Source: a virus (lineage: Duplodnaviria > Caudoviricetes). From it: 64,000 nucleotides of DNA. The notes below the pieces were generated by a model. That model saw nothing but the letters and a program-made list of their open reading frames with translations. It searched no databases and had not been told where the DNA came from. This document shows positions 36,173 to 44,215 of this stretch, piece by piece. The position numbers and the translations under genes were made by a program. The number at the start of each line of letters is the position of its first letter. Positions within the stretch are counted from its first letter, which is position 1. The stretch lies in the IMG/VR virus record IMGVR_UViG_3300034126_000020, positions 1-64,000 of that record, one strand, 5' to 3'.

Positions 36173-36826
36173 TCAACGACCGGTCAAGAAGTTCTTCGCT
36201 TGCTCGTGACTCAGGTTAACCAACCCCTTGCCATTGAAGCGACTACCCGAAGTACTGATCCCGGTGAACTCGTCTCCGCCCATGTGCAGCACGGCAGAGA
36301 CGTTGGACTTGGTCACGTGCAGAATCCCATCAACGCCATCCACGCGGCATTTATGGTACCCACGAGCCAAGTCACCATTGCGAGTCTCGAAGTCCTTCGA
36401 AGACATCTCGACGACTTCAGGACGGCGCAATTTGCTTTCGAACGAACTCCAGAACATCGGAGTCTGATCGGGTTGTACTGGAGTGGTCACCACCCGAGGA
36501 CGGGAGATGCTCACGACCTTTTCACCATGTACACCTTCGAGTACCTCGACGATGGCTGGTGGTACTTCTGCATGGAGGATGTCTTGAACGACGCTCTCCA
36601 TGCTTGGTGCTGGTTCTTGCACTTCGGTTTCCATGACCACCACCTCAACTTCTTGAGTGGTCACGGTTTGCAGGCGAGCGCGCAGAATAGCTTTACGCTC
36701 TTCCATTTGCTCAGCAGTGAGTTTGTCACCGCCAGTACGACCCTTGAGAGTCTTCCAGCCCAGACCGCCTACCAGAGCAGCGGCTACAGCACCAACACCT
36801 ACGATTACGGCTACTTGCTTTTCCAT
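36173..36826 (-). CDS. N-terminally membrane-anchored hypothetical protein
   Basis: VAVIVGVGAVAAALVGGLGW TM segment; AAGGAG SD. Confidence 0.7.
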   Translation of the reverse strand: MEKQVAVIVGVGAVAAALVGGLGWKTLKGRTGGDKLTAEQMEERKAILRARLQTVTTQEVEVVVMETEVQEPAPSMESVVQDILHAEVPPAIVEVLEGVHGEKVVSISRPRVVTTPVQPDQTPMFWSSFESKLRRPEVVEMSSKDFETRNGDLARGYHKCRVDGVDGILHVTKSNVSAVLHMGGDEFTGISTSGSRFNGKGLVNLSHEQAKNFLTGR

Positions 36827-36852
36827 GGTGAAACTCCTTCAGTTCCGGGGGA

Positions 36853-37167
36853 TTAGAATGCGTTACGCAGCAGTTCGGCTTGGAATGCTTTATCAGCAGC
36901 CTGCTCCAACAGCTCGTCCACTTTGACGCGGTCTTTCATGCCGATGGTCTTCATGACCAGTTCATCGGATTCTTTCATCAACTCATCAGCCTTGACAGAG
37001 TTGCTCTGAGCCAGTTGCGCTTTCTCTGCACGCTTGGCTTTTGCCACGGCTTGGAATTTACGTTTGCCTTTCCAGCTACGGATGGCATTCTTGATTGCGC
37101 CCCAGATAGAAACTTTCACTTCTACTTGTGGCTTGGATTCTTCGAGTTTACGGATGAGGTCGAACAT
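36853..37167 (-). CDS. Hypothetical helical protein
   Basis: Likely start MFDLIR at 37167 with GGAG SD, downstream of a promoter motif. Confidence 0.65.
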   Translation of the reverse strand: MFDLIRKLEESKPQVEVKVSIWGAIKNAIRSWKGKRKFQAVAKAKRAEKAQLAQSNSVKADELMKESDELVMKTIGMKDRVKVDELLEQAADKAFQAELLRNAF

Positions 37168-37185
37168 GTTGATCTCCATTGATCG

Positions 37186-37278
37186 GGTTAGGTTGTTACT
37201 CACTGCAATCATGTATTGTTTCAAAAAGTTTGAATCGAATCGGCATAAGAGCCAGGGCAGTTGCCCTGGCTCTATGTC
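37186..37278 (-). promoter_or_regulatory. Terminator-promoter cassette (copy 2)
   Basis: AGAGCCAGGGCA/TGCCCTGGCTCT hairpin + TTATGCCGATTCGATTC...CAATACATGAT. Confidence 0.6.
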
Positions 37279-37579
37279 AGCATTTCGTGCAGGCCATCTT
37301 GTAGAATTCGTTATTGATCTCGATGAGCTGATCAATCGATGTAGCGGTATGCAGTGCATCAATGAAGCATCCAGCCGCACCTTGGATGGTCTTCATCAAA
37401 TGCTTGGCGGCTTCGAACTCATCGCCCGAGAGTTTGTCATACGTGGTTCGTTTGACCAGTTGCAACATGACGTTCATGTGACTGGCAGTAATGCGCCCCG
37501 CCATCCAACGCTCAGGGATGTCTTTATGCCCGGGAGAACTGGTATTTGCAAAGGAAGTAGTAACGTGGACGAGTGACAT
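37277..37579 (-). CDS. Hypothetical protein
   Basis: Likely start MSLVHV at 37579 with GAGG SD. Confidence 0.55.
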   Translation of the reverse strand: MSLVHVTTSFANTSSPGHKDIPERWMAGRITASHMNVMLQLVKRTTYDKLSGDEFEAAKHLMKTIQGAAGCFIDALHTATSIDQLIEINNEFYKMACTKC

Positions 37580-37616
37580 GAGACACCTCAAATTCAAGAC
37601 TATAGGATTGGTATCT

Positions 37617-38498
37617 CGGCAAAACAAAAAAAGAAAGAAGTCTTGGGGCAATCGTTCGGACGCACCTCAATGGGAGATCAACCCCACCATAGGAACGACT
37701 ATCGACGATGCCCCGTAACCTTGTGTAGCGCTTGTCTTCCTCATCCCTCGAGCCCTTTCACCAAGTGCGTCATCGCGTAGTGCGAGGCCTTGCGTTAATC
37801 GGTCGTAGGTTTGGATCAGACTGGAGGCCATTGCCATCCAATTCAACCGAACTCAATCGGAATCAATAGTCATCAAATGTGTTCACTGACACGGACTATT
37901 GATTAGCTCTCGTGCACCTTAGGCACGCGCTGGATAGTCCGCTCAGACACTGCCGTGCGATGTCCCTCTGCTGGTTTCACAACGCACGCTTGCGACGCTC
38001 GTGCCATGAAGAGTACACCTTCTAAGCGAGCCATTTCTGGCACCGCCCTTGGGAGAAGACCTTTCCCCAAGTCCTGATGGTGTATCTTATCCGACGACGC
38101 AATTGCGCTCTTCTCTTGCTTAGCGAACGCACGATTGTGCTCTTCCGCTTGGGCAGACAAGGTGACAGCTAGGGCCAACGCCACGAGAGTGGAGAAGCCG
38201 CGGGTTCTGATCAGTAGCTCCTTAGAGGCTTAATTGAACGCTCATGAGTTATCAATGGTCTCCAGTGCTACGGTGCACCTACCGTTCCACGCGCCTTATG
38301 CGTGAGGTAGGGCACCGAAGTCACTGAAACGGATGAAACGGTACCGGTAATGCGCGGCGGGTCATCGGTCTCATTCGGCGGCGTCACGAGTGACACGGCC
38401 TTTAGAAGACGTTGTACTGACGACCAGACGCGGCGCACGGAACCTAAGATCGATCCGAACAATGGCACTATCCTTAGACGATGTCACAGTGCTACTAC
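37617..38498 (-). ncRNA. Candidate ~880-nt structured ncRNA (or long leader plus small ORF)
   Basis: About 970 bp between well-supported genes with only one weak ORF; several clear stems; GTATGTA at the 5' end; hairpin + long U-tract + TTTTGCCG at the 3' end. Confidence 0.4.
37903..38184 (-). CDS. Possible small exported protein (doubtful)
   Basis: Signal-peptide-like LVALALAVTLSAQA; no ATG start; lies inside the candidate ncRNA. Confidence 0.3.
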   Translation of the reverse strand: MALALAVTLSAQAEEHNRAFAKQEKSAIASSDKIHHQDLGKGLLPRAVPEMARLEGVLFMARASQACVVKPAEGHRTAVSERTIQRVPKVHES

Positions 38499-38550
38499 AT
38501 ACAACTCGAGCCAAACGTATTTATTTACCCGGAGTCCTTATGTCCTTGAT

Positions 38551-39147
38551 TTAACGGGGTAATCTTGGCCGGGGAATGTTACGACCACGACGATAACCCG
38601 ACGGGACTTCATCGTCAGCGGCAGGATCGGGATCGGGATAGTCTTTGTTGAGACGTTCAACGATCTCCTCAACCGACATCCAGACGATTGGGTAGTTAGC
38701 GCCCACCGCCATGCCGTTGGTGTCTTGCTGGAACTTCTCCTCATCCTTCCATGCAGCCAAAGCACCCAACAACGAATCACGTGTACTGATCTCAGAACAC
38801 ATGACGTAGGTCGATTGACCCGATGGCAACCCATGGAAGTCCAGCGTCCAGCGCTTTTCATCAGGACTGTTGTTGTTCTTGAAGAGGTCGACCTGTGTGA
38901 TCGCGCCCTGCTTGGTGATCATGAACGCCATCATGGTCATGGAGACACGGGGATGGCTGGCCAGTTTCAAGCGACCGCTCACCACGTCAGCGATGTTCGG
39001 GCCAGTGCCGGACAATGGGTAGATGAAGCCTTCTTTGCTGAAGTACGTGCCGATGTCAGCTTCGAGTACCTTGAAGTGTACGCCTTCGTTGGCCTCGTGG
39101 ACCTCAGGGAACCCGACCATGCCACGGCGGTAGATTAGGAAGTTCAC
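38551..39147 (-). CDS. Possible inactive paralogue of the upstream HslV-like peptidase
   Basis: MNFLIYRRGMVG parallels MTAIVYHDGKLIG; ATGA coupling to the upstream gene; no N-terminal Thr. Confidence 0.5.
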   Translation of the reverse strand: MNFLIYRRGMVGFPEVHEANEGVHFKVLEADIGTYFSKEGFIYPLSGTGPNIADVVSGRLKLASHPRVSMTMMAFMITKQGAITQVDLFKNNNSPDEKRWTLDFHGLPSGQSTYVMCSEISTRDSLLGALAAWKDEEKFQQDTNGMAVGANYPIVWMSVEEIVERLNKDYPDPDPAADDEVPSGYRRGRNIPRPRLPR

Positions 39148-39665
39148 AGAGTAGTCCCCTTGATAACAAATGGCTTCAGACGGCTGGCGTAAATCACATC
39201 GACCTTCGAGCCGGTCAACAGATCCAAACGCTCAACGACTGGCATCGCCGCTTTAATAGTCATGCCGCACTTCAACATGGCAGCGAGTAGCGTACCGCCC
39301 GTCCCACAGCCGTGTGTATGGCCCGCTAAGCGACGAAAGCGCGAACCGTACTGCATGATACCGAATTGCTGGTCACGGGTCATGAGGGTGCCGTGAGTGA
39401 AGCCTTCGATATTGTCTTCCAAGATGTCTTCCAGAGGGACGACGTCTCGTTTGTCGATGACTAGGCGTTCAAGAACAACGCGGAGTTTGAGTTCCAGTTC
39501 ATCACGAATGGACTCGTCGATGGCGGAGCCAGTGGCACCGTAAGCAAATTGCTTATCGCGGCTGATGAAGACTTTGGGACCGTCTTCGAATGTTGTAGGT
39601 ATTACCAAGGCTACCTGTTTACGGTCGCCGATCAGTTTCCCATCATGGTACACAATAGCAGTCAT
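39144..39665 (-). CDS. HslV/proteasome-beta-like Ntn peptidase
   Basis: N-terminal Thr after Met (MTAIV..GDRK), downstream K in PKVF, GATGS and GCGTGG motifs. Confidence 0.65.
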   Translation of the reverse strand: MTAIVYHDGKLIGDRKQVALVIPTTFEDGPKVFISRDKQFAYGATGSAIDESIRDELELKLRVVLERLVIDKRDVVPLEDILEDNIEGFTHGTLMTRDQQFGIMQYGSRFRRLAGHTHGCGTGGTLLAAMLKCGMTIKAAMPVVERLDLLTGSKVDVIYASRLKPFVIKGTTL

Positions 39666-39682
39666 ACGAACTCCAAAAATAA

Positions 39683-39712
39683 AGAGAGGACCCGAAGGTC
39701 CTCTCTATGCTG
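39683..39712. terminator. Hairpin terminator
   Basis: AGAGAGGACC-CGAA-GGTCCTCTCT with TATGCTG on one side and a minus-strand T-tract on the other. Confidence 0.8.
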
Positions 39713-39714
39713 GC

Positions 39715-40038
39715 TTAGTAGCCGCCGCGCGATTCACGCAGTTCGGCGTGCGAGCTGCAAGACTTGCGAGGGCTGGACTTTGGCAGTTCGCCCTGAGGGG
39801 CTACGCCGGTTTCGGAGACCAAGGTCACAACGCCAGTTTCGACGTCGATGGCGATGGTGCTGCCGGCCTTGATGGTCTTGTCGTAGTCTTCGACTTCCAC
39901 GGACATCTGGATAGTCTTGTCCACTTGGAACACCAGCTCTTTCTTGTCAGCCTTTGCTACGTAGGCTTCGAAAGGTTTCTTATCCTTGGCCAGGAAACCC
40001 AGGATTGCTTGGTGCTTCTCGATTTCTTTGATTTTCAT
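39715..40038 (-). CDS. Hypothetical protein
   Basis: 107-aa ORF with GAGGAG SD. Confidence 0.6.
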   Translation of the reverse strand: MKIKEIEKHQAILGFLAKDKKPFEAYVAKADKKELVFQVDKTIQMSVEVEDYDKTIKAGSTIAIDVETGVVTLVSETGVAPQGELPKSSPRKSCSSHAELRESRGGY

Positions 40039-40080
40039 GCAAGACTCCTCAGTCTTTGGGTTGGGTGTAGCAGGGATGGA

Positions 40081-41346
40081 TTAGTTGGCTTGGCCAGCGG
40101 CAGGGTGATGTTTGCTGGACAACATGGCTTCACGACCAGCGAACTCGGTAGCGTTATCACCAGTGGCAACGGGACCCTCGCTCAGGTAGCGACCGATCCC
40201 ACCCGGCTTCTTTTCGTCGTAAGTTTCCGTTGGGGACAACATGGTTGTCGAGCTGTTGTACTCGAAACCGTAGCTCAGCGTGATGTTGAGCTTACGATGG
40301 CCCTGGTAGGTGACGACACGAGTGCCTTCAGATTCTTCCAGGCCTTCGATGTGCAGCTGGGCTTCCTTCAACATCGGATCGGGAGTCTGACCCAGTGACA
40401 GGAAACTGTTGTTGCCAGACTTGCGGCTTTCGGTGATGCGGATGGTCAGGTCGCTACGACTGTGGCGGTTGGAGTAAACCTGATACCCGAAGCCTGCGAC
40501 TTCTTCCGGAGTGTCCAGCACTTCCACACGAGAGACGAACCACTGCATGCGCGGGAAGTCCGGCACGTTGAGGATCTCGCACATGTCGGCCACTTCGATG
40601 GCGTCTTTGCAACCCGCCGACTCACGGATGACGCAGAGCAGGGAGTCGAAGTTCAGCTTGCCGCTTTCACGCTTCACGTACGCTTCGAACGCCTTGTGCA
40701 GATGCTCGGAGACCTGCATTTTGGCCATGATGTCGTGCAGGGTGTCCAGGTCAATGCTGCTGCCAAACCCGATGTTGTAACGGAAGCGCTGAGGGCGGTT
40801 GACCAGGTAGTCAGAGAACTCTTCCGCCTCGTTGCCAGTGATGACGAACATCACGCCCAGGAACGACGTATCGCTGAACAGAGGCAGCAGACGCTCACGC
40901 TCGACCTTTTCACTGTAGGTCTTGCCGAACTCATCAAAGTAGACCATACATGGTCCGATGGCCTTGATGATGATGCTCAGTTCTTCAGCGCCCATGGCCT
41001 CAGTGACCATGATGACCGGCAGGTCTTGCGCGATCATCCAGTTGCCCAGTTCTTCTGCCAGCAGGCTCTTACCCGAACCCTTCATGCCGTGCAACAGAAC
41101 GCCATTGCTCTTACCGAAGCGGTCGTAGCTGGCAGTGATCTGCTTGACGCGGGAGTTGTGCTTACCAAAGCGCAGCTGAGGCAGCGTGAAGGTTGGACGG
41201 TCTTTGACCATGATAATGCCAGGACGACCGATGGACGCCTTGTACACCATGGCCGGCACGTGGTCGATGAGGTTGGACTCATCGTTCATGCGGATGACCA
41301 TGTGGTTGTCGAAGTTGTTGATGCTGATAGAAGCCTTGCGATCCAT
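40081..41346 (-). CDS. AAA+ ATPase
   Basis: Walker A LLHGMKGSGKS, Walker B VYFDEFGK, ITGN, and R-finger NRPQRF. Confidence 0.9.
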   Translation of the reverse strand: MDRKASISINNFDNHMVIRMNDESNLIDHVPAMVYKASIGRPGIIMVKDRPTFTLPQLRFGKHNSRVKQITASYDRFGKSNGVLLHGMKGSGKSLLAEELGNWMIAQDLPVIMVTEAMGAEELSIIIKAIGPCMVYFDEFGKTYSEKVERERLLPLFSDTSFLGVMFVITGNEAEEFSDYLVNRPQRFRYNIGFGSSIDLDTLHDIMAKMQVSEHLHKAFEAYVKRESGKLNFDSLLCVIRESAGCKDAIEVADMCEILNVPDFPRMQWFVSRVEVLDTPEEVAGFGYQVYSNRHSRSDLTIRITESRKSGNNSFLSLGQTPDPMLKEAQLHIEGLEESEGTRVVTYQGHRKLNITLSYGFEYNSSTTMLSPTETYDEKKPGGIGRYLSEGPVATGDNATEFAGREAMLSSKHHPAAGQAN

Positions 41347-41397
41347 GGGTAGTTCCTTGGTGAATTTCAGAATGAATGTACGAAGGTAAAGCGCCGA

Positions 41398-42180
41398 TTA
41401 CTCGGCGTTTACGCGGGCGGTCTCTGCGATGGATTCGGCAATCAGGAACGCGAGGTACACGCCCTTGAGTTGCAGCCAGCCGTGGTAGACAGAACCGCCG
41501 TGTTCGGTGAAGCCTGCTGCATCAACGATGTAGCCGATGAACAGCATGGCATTACCCAGCAAGCCTTTGTCGTACGTGGTCGAGTCCAGGGCTGCTTTAC
41601 GGGCTTCTTCAGTTACGATGATCGGGTGGTTACGCTGAGTGTCGATGAAACGACCCAGTGCCACAACAGCACCCGCGTTATCACCACAGCCACATGCACC
41701 ACCGCCGTCTTTCGGCATCACGAGGTTCAGGATCACGGAGTCAATATCGCCGTGCCAGCACTCGTCCTCAACCGGGGTCCAGTTCAGGCCATCATTGTCG
41801 CTGTAGGTCCCGCCTTCAATGCCCACAGTAGACCAGTCCAACATCAGGCCACAGAAGTGAGCCGTGGTTGGGTTGACGTAGAAGCGGTTGCACTTGTCAC
41901 GAGTGACGACCATCAGCTCGGAGTCGATGTAACCGAAAGCGTCTTGCGCCTTCTTGGTGTACAGGACTTCGAACTCGGTGAAGGACGCATCAGCCTTGTC
42001 GAACTTCTCTTTGTTCAGGTAGCCGAGCTTCCAGTCGCCGGGCATATCGAGGAACGTGAAGTTGTCGGACAACTGAGGAATGGTTTCGTCAGTCTTGTGC
42101 ATCAGGACGAACGCGGTGAGCAGTTTGCCCGGAGTTGCGGTTACGTCAGAAGAAGCAGACATGATAGCTTTGTTATCCAT
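41398..42180 (-). CDS. Hypothetical protein
   Basis: 260-aa ORF with strong phage codon bias. Confidence 0.7.
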   Translation of the reverse strand: MDNKAIMSASSDVTATPGKLLTAFVLMHKTDETIPQLSDNFTFLDMPGDWKLGYLNKEKFDKADASFTEFEVLYTKKAQDAFGYIDSELMVVTRDKCNRFYVNPTTAHFCGLMLDWSTVGIEGGTYSDNDGLNWTPVEDECWHGDIDSVILNLVMPKDGGGACGCGDNAGAVVALGRFIDTQRNHPIIVTEEARKAALDSTTYDKGLLGNAMLFIGYIVDAAGFTEHGGSVYHGWLQLKGVYLAFLIAESIAETARVNAE

Positions 42181-42207
42181 GGTGAGGTTCCTGGGTGTAT
42201 GTGCGGG

Positions 42208-42642
42208 TTAAGGGGTGGCGTTGTGCAGTGCTGCGAGGATGTCTAAGTAGGCTTCCATCGCATCGGCACAGATTTCAATCGGGATGTCTTGCAGGCCGTG
42301 ATAGTAAGGAGCTTCGTTGCGCCCCGCACTACCTAACTTGAAACCGTACAACGGCAGTACAAGAAGGAAACGGTTGATGCCATCGGGATTGGATTCCCAG
42401 TTGTGCATCAGACCAAATACCATCGGACCCACTTTCAGGTAGATGGTTTTACCACGAGCACCCATCATCTTGGTGCTGACTTCGATGACGGGGTTGTCAA
42501 TCACCCAACGCCAGTCCAACAAAAGCTTGCGGAGGTCTTCAACAGTCGGAGGTAACTTCTCAGTCCCCGGGCTTGCATGGCGTCGAATCATTTCGGATTC
42601 AATCAGCTGGACAATCTGTCCGGCCAGTTTACGCATCTTCAT
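42208..42642 (-). CDS. Hypothetical protein
   Basis: Likely start MKMRKL at 42642 with AGGGG SD, downstream of the promoter motif at 42673-42680. Confidence 0.6.
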   Translation of the reverse strand: MKMRKLAGQIVQLIESEMIRRHASPGTEKLPPTVEDLRKLLLDWRWVIDNPVIEVSTKMMGARGKTIYLKVGPMVFGLMHNWESNPDGINRFLLVLPLYGFKLGSAGRNEAPYYHGLQDIPIEICADAMEAYLDILAALHNATP

Positions 42643-42672
42643 AGTGTCCCCTAGGTAGGTGTATACACGTGA

Positions 42673-42750
42673 ATGATGTAGGGTCACAATCTTTTTGAAC
42701 GGCATAAAGGGCGAGGGGTTGGCCCCCTCACCTCTGGTGCCGCTTTTACT
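42673..42750 (-). promoter_or_regulatory. Terminator + TATGCCG followed by the promoter-like CCCTACATCAT
   Basis: Same architecture as the 32.9, 37.2 and 56.9 kb gaps. Confidence 0.55.
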
Positions 42751-42997
42751 CGGCTGCTGCTTCAGCAACCGGCTCGAACGACCAGCTTTCTGCCAATTGC
42801 TTGGCCAGATCGCGGGTGACGCTGTTCGGCGTGCCGTCAACGGTTTCGATGGCGGTGTCTACGATGGTCATGGTGCCTTGGATAGCGAAGTCGATGGCTT
42901 GAGCCTTGTCTTCGATAGCGTTGGCATCACGGCGGATGTCGTTCAGGCAGGTTACAGCGTCAGCACGGGCTTGTTCAGCGGATACAGTCGTGGACAT
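42746..42997 (-). CDS. Hypothetical protein
   Basis: 83-aa helical ORF. Confidence 0.65.
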   Translation of the reverse strand: MSTTVSAEQARADAVTCLNDIRRDANAIEDKAQAIDFAIQGTMTIVDTAIETVDGTPNSVTRDLAKQLAESWSFEPVAEAAAE

Positions 42998-43024
42998 CAG
43001 TGATGCTCCTAATGGGTGCAGCGA

Positions 43025-44152
43025 TTATTGTGGGAGTTCGGTGCTTTGAGCAGCAGCCAGTTCGGCCAACTGGTCAGCCAGGGAACCGCCTTGTGGGTCA
43101 GCCAGTTGAGGCTGCTCGGTGAAGCACTTGTCACGCAGGACAGCTTCCAGACCAGCCATGTGCTCGGTCAGGTAACGGGTCCATGGCTCGCAACGGGAAG
43201 CCATTTCGATCACTTCAGCGCTGGTCTTCCAGCCGACAGTGGTGTACTTCTCTTCCAGCACCTTGAACTCCATGTCTTCTTTGACACGGAACACGGCGAT
43301 CACGCCCAGGTGGGTGTTGCCAACGAAGCCTGGCTTCTTCATGTCACGGTCGGACACGAAACCGCACGGCACGACGTTGCTGTTCAGTTCAGCCGGAGCT
43401 TCTGGACGGATTGGCGCTTTGCCGGTGATCAGTTGGAACACCTGAGCCACGGTGGTGCCTTCCAGAACGAAGAAGGTGCCCACGCCTGGGTTGGTCGCAT
43501 CACGGCGCAGAACGAATTCAGGTGCCGGGATCATGGCATCTTTCTTCAGTTCGTCGGTGAGTTCAGCAACCACTTCCATGGTCAGGCCTTCAACCAGACC
43601 CAGACCTTGGCTCAGCACTGCCAGTGCTTCTTCATCGGTGAGCGGACGCTCTTTGTTTTCCGGTGCAGTGAATGCCACTTCTTCGGACAGTTCACGGATA
43701 CCGGAGGTCAGCGTGGTGTAGAAGCTGGACGGCACTTCGTCAACCTGCACGAGTTGACCTTCCTGTGGACCGGCCTCGTAGTGAGGAACCAGATCACGGA
43801 ATTCCAGGTGACCGCCGAAGCCGATGGAGAAACCGTCTTTCAACTGAGCTTCAGCACCTGCCGCACGCTGGTACATGGCCCAGTAAGCGGTATCGCCGAC
43901 GATCTTGCCAGCCAGGGTGTAGAGGATCAGTTGACGAACGTTTTCCAGCTTGTCGATGGTCGAACGACGCATGCCCACGAAACCAGCATCCATTTCCATC
44001 ATCAGGTCGTGGACTTCGTTTGGCTCGTACAGGCGGGCATCACCGGCCATGTTGCCGACCAGGTTGTTTGGAACGAACTCAGGCAGGATGCCGAAGGTCA
44101 TTTCGTCACGCTTGGTGCGGGTGTACAGTTTCGGCATTTGTGCTTCGGACAT
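43025..44152 (-). CDS. Nudix-family phosphoesterase (COG4112-like) with an internal insertion
   Basis: RQLILY, SIGFGGH, RELSEEV and VGNTHLGV motifs; likely start MSEAQ at 44152 with AGGAG SD. Confidence 0.7.
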   Translation of the reverse strand: MSEAQMPKLYTRTKRDEMTFGILPEFVPNNLVGNMAGDARLYEPNEVHDLMMEMDAGFVGMRRSTIDKLENVRQLILYTLAGKIVGDTAYWAMYQRAAGAEAQLKDGFSIGFGGHLEFRDLVPHYEAGPQEGQLVQVDEVPSSFYTTLTSGIRELSEEVAFTAPENKERPLTDEEALAVLSQGLGLVEGLTMEVVAELTDELKKDAMIPAPEFVLRRDATNPGVGTFFVLEGTTVAQVFQLITGKAPIRPEAPAELNSNVVPCGFVSDRDMKKPGFVGNTHLGVIAVFRVKEDMEFKVLEEKYTTVGWKTSAEVIEMASRCEPWTRYLTEHMAGLEAVLRDKCFTEQPQLADPQGGSLADQLAELAAAQSTELPQ

Positions 44153-44215
44153 GGTGTAACTCCTAATGGACAACGAATGGGATGGATGGGGTGAGCAAGA
44201 CTCACCCCTAACAGG

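Noticed and set aside
38195-38209. CAGAACCCGCGGCUU, resembling the RNase P RNA 3' conserved region
   Set aside because: It has a 2-nt insertion and no upstream GAGGAAAGUCC region to form P4; likely chance.
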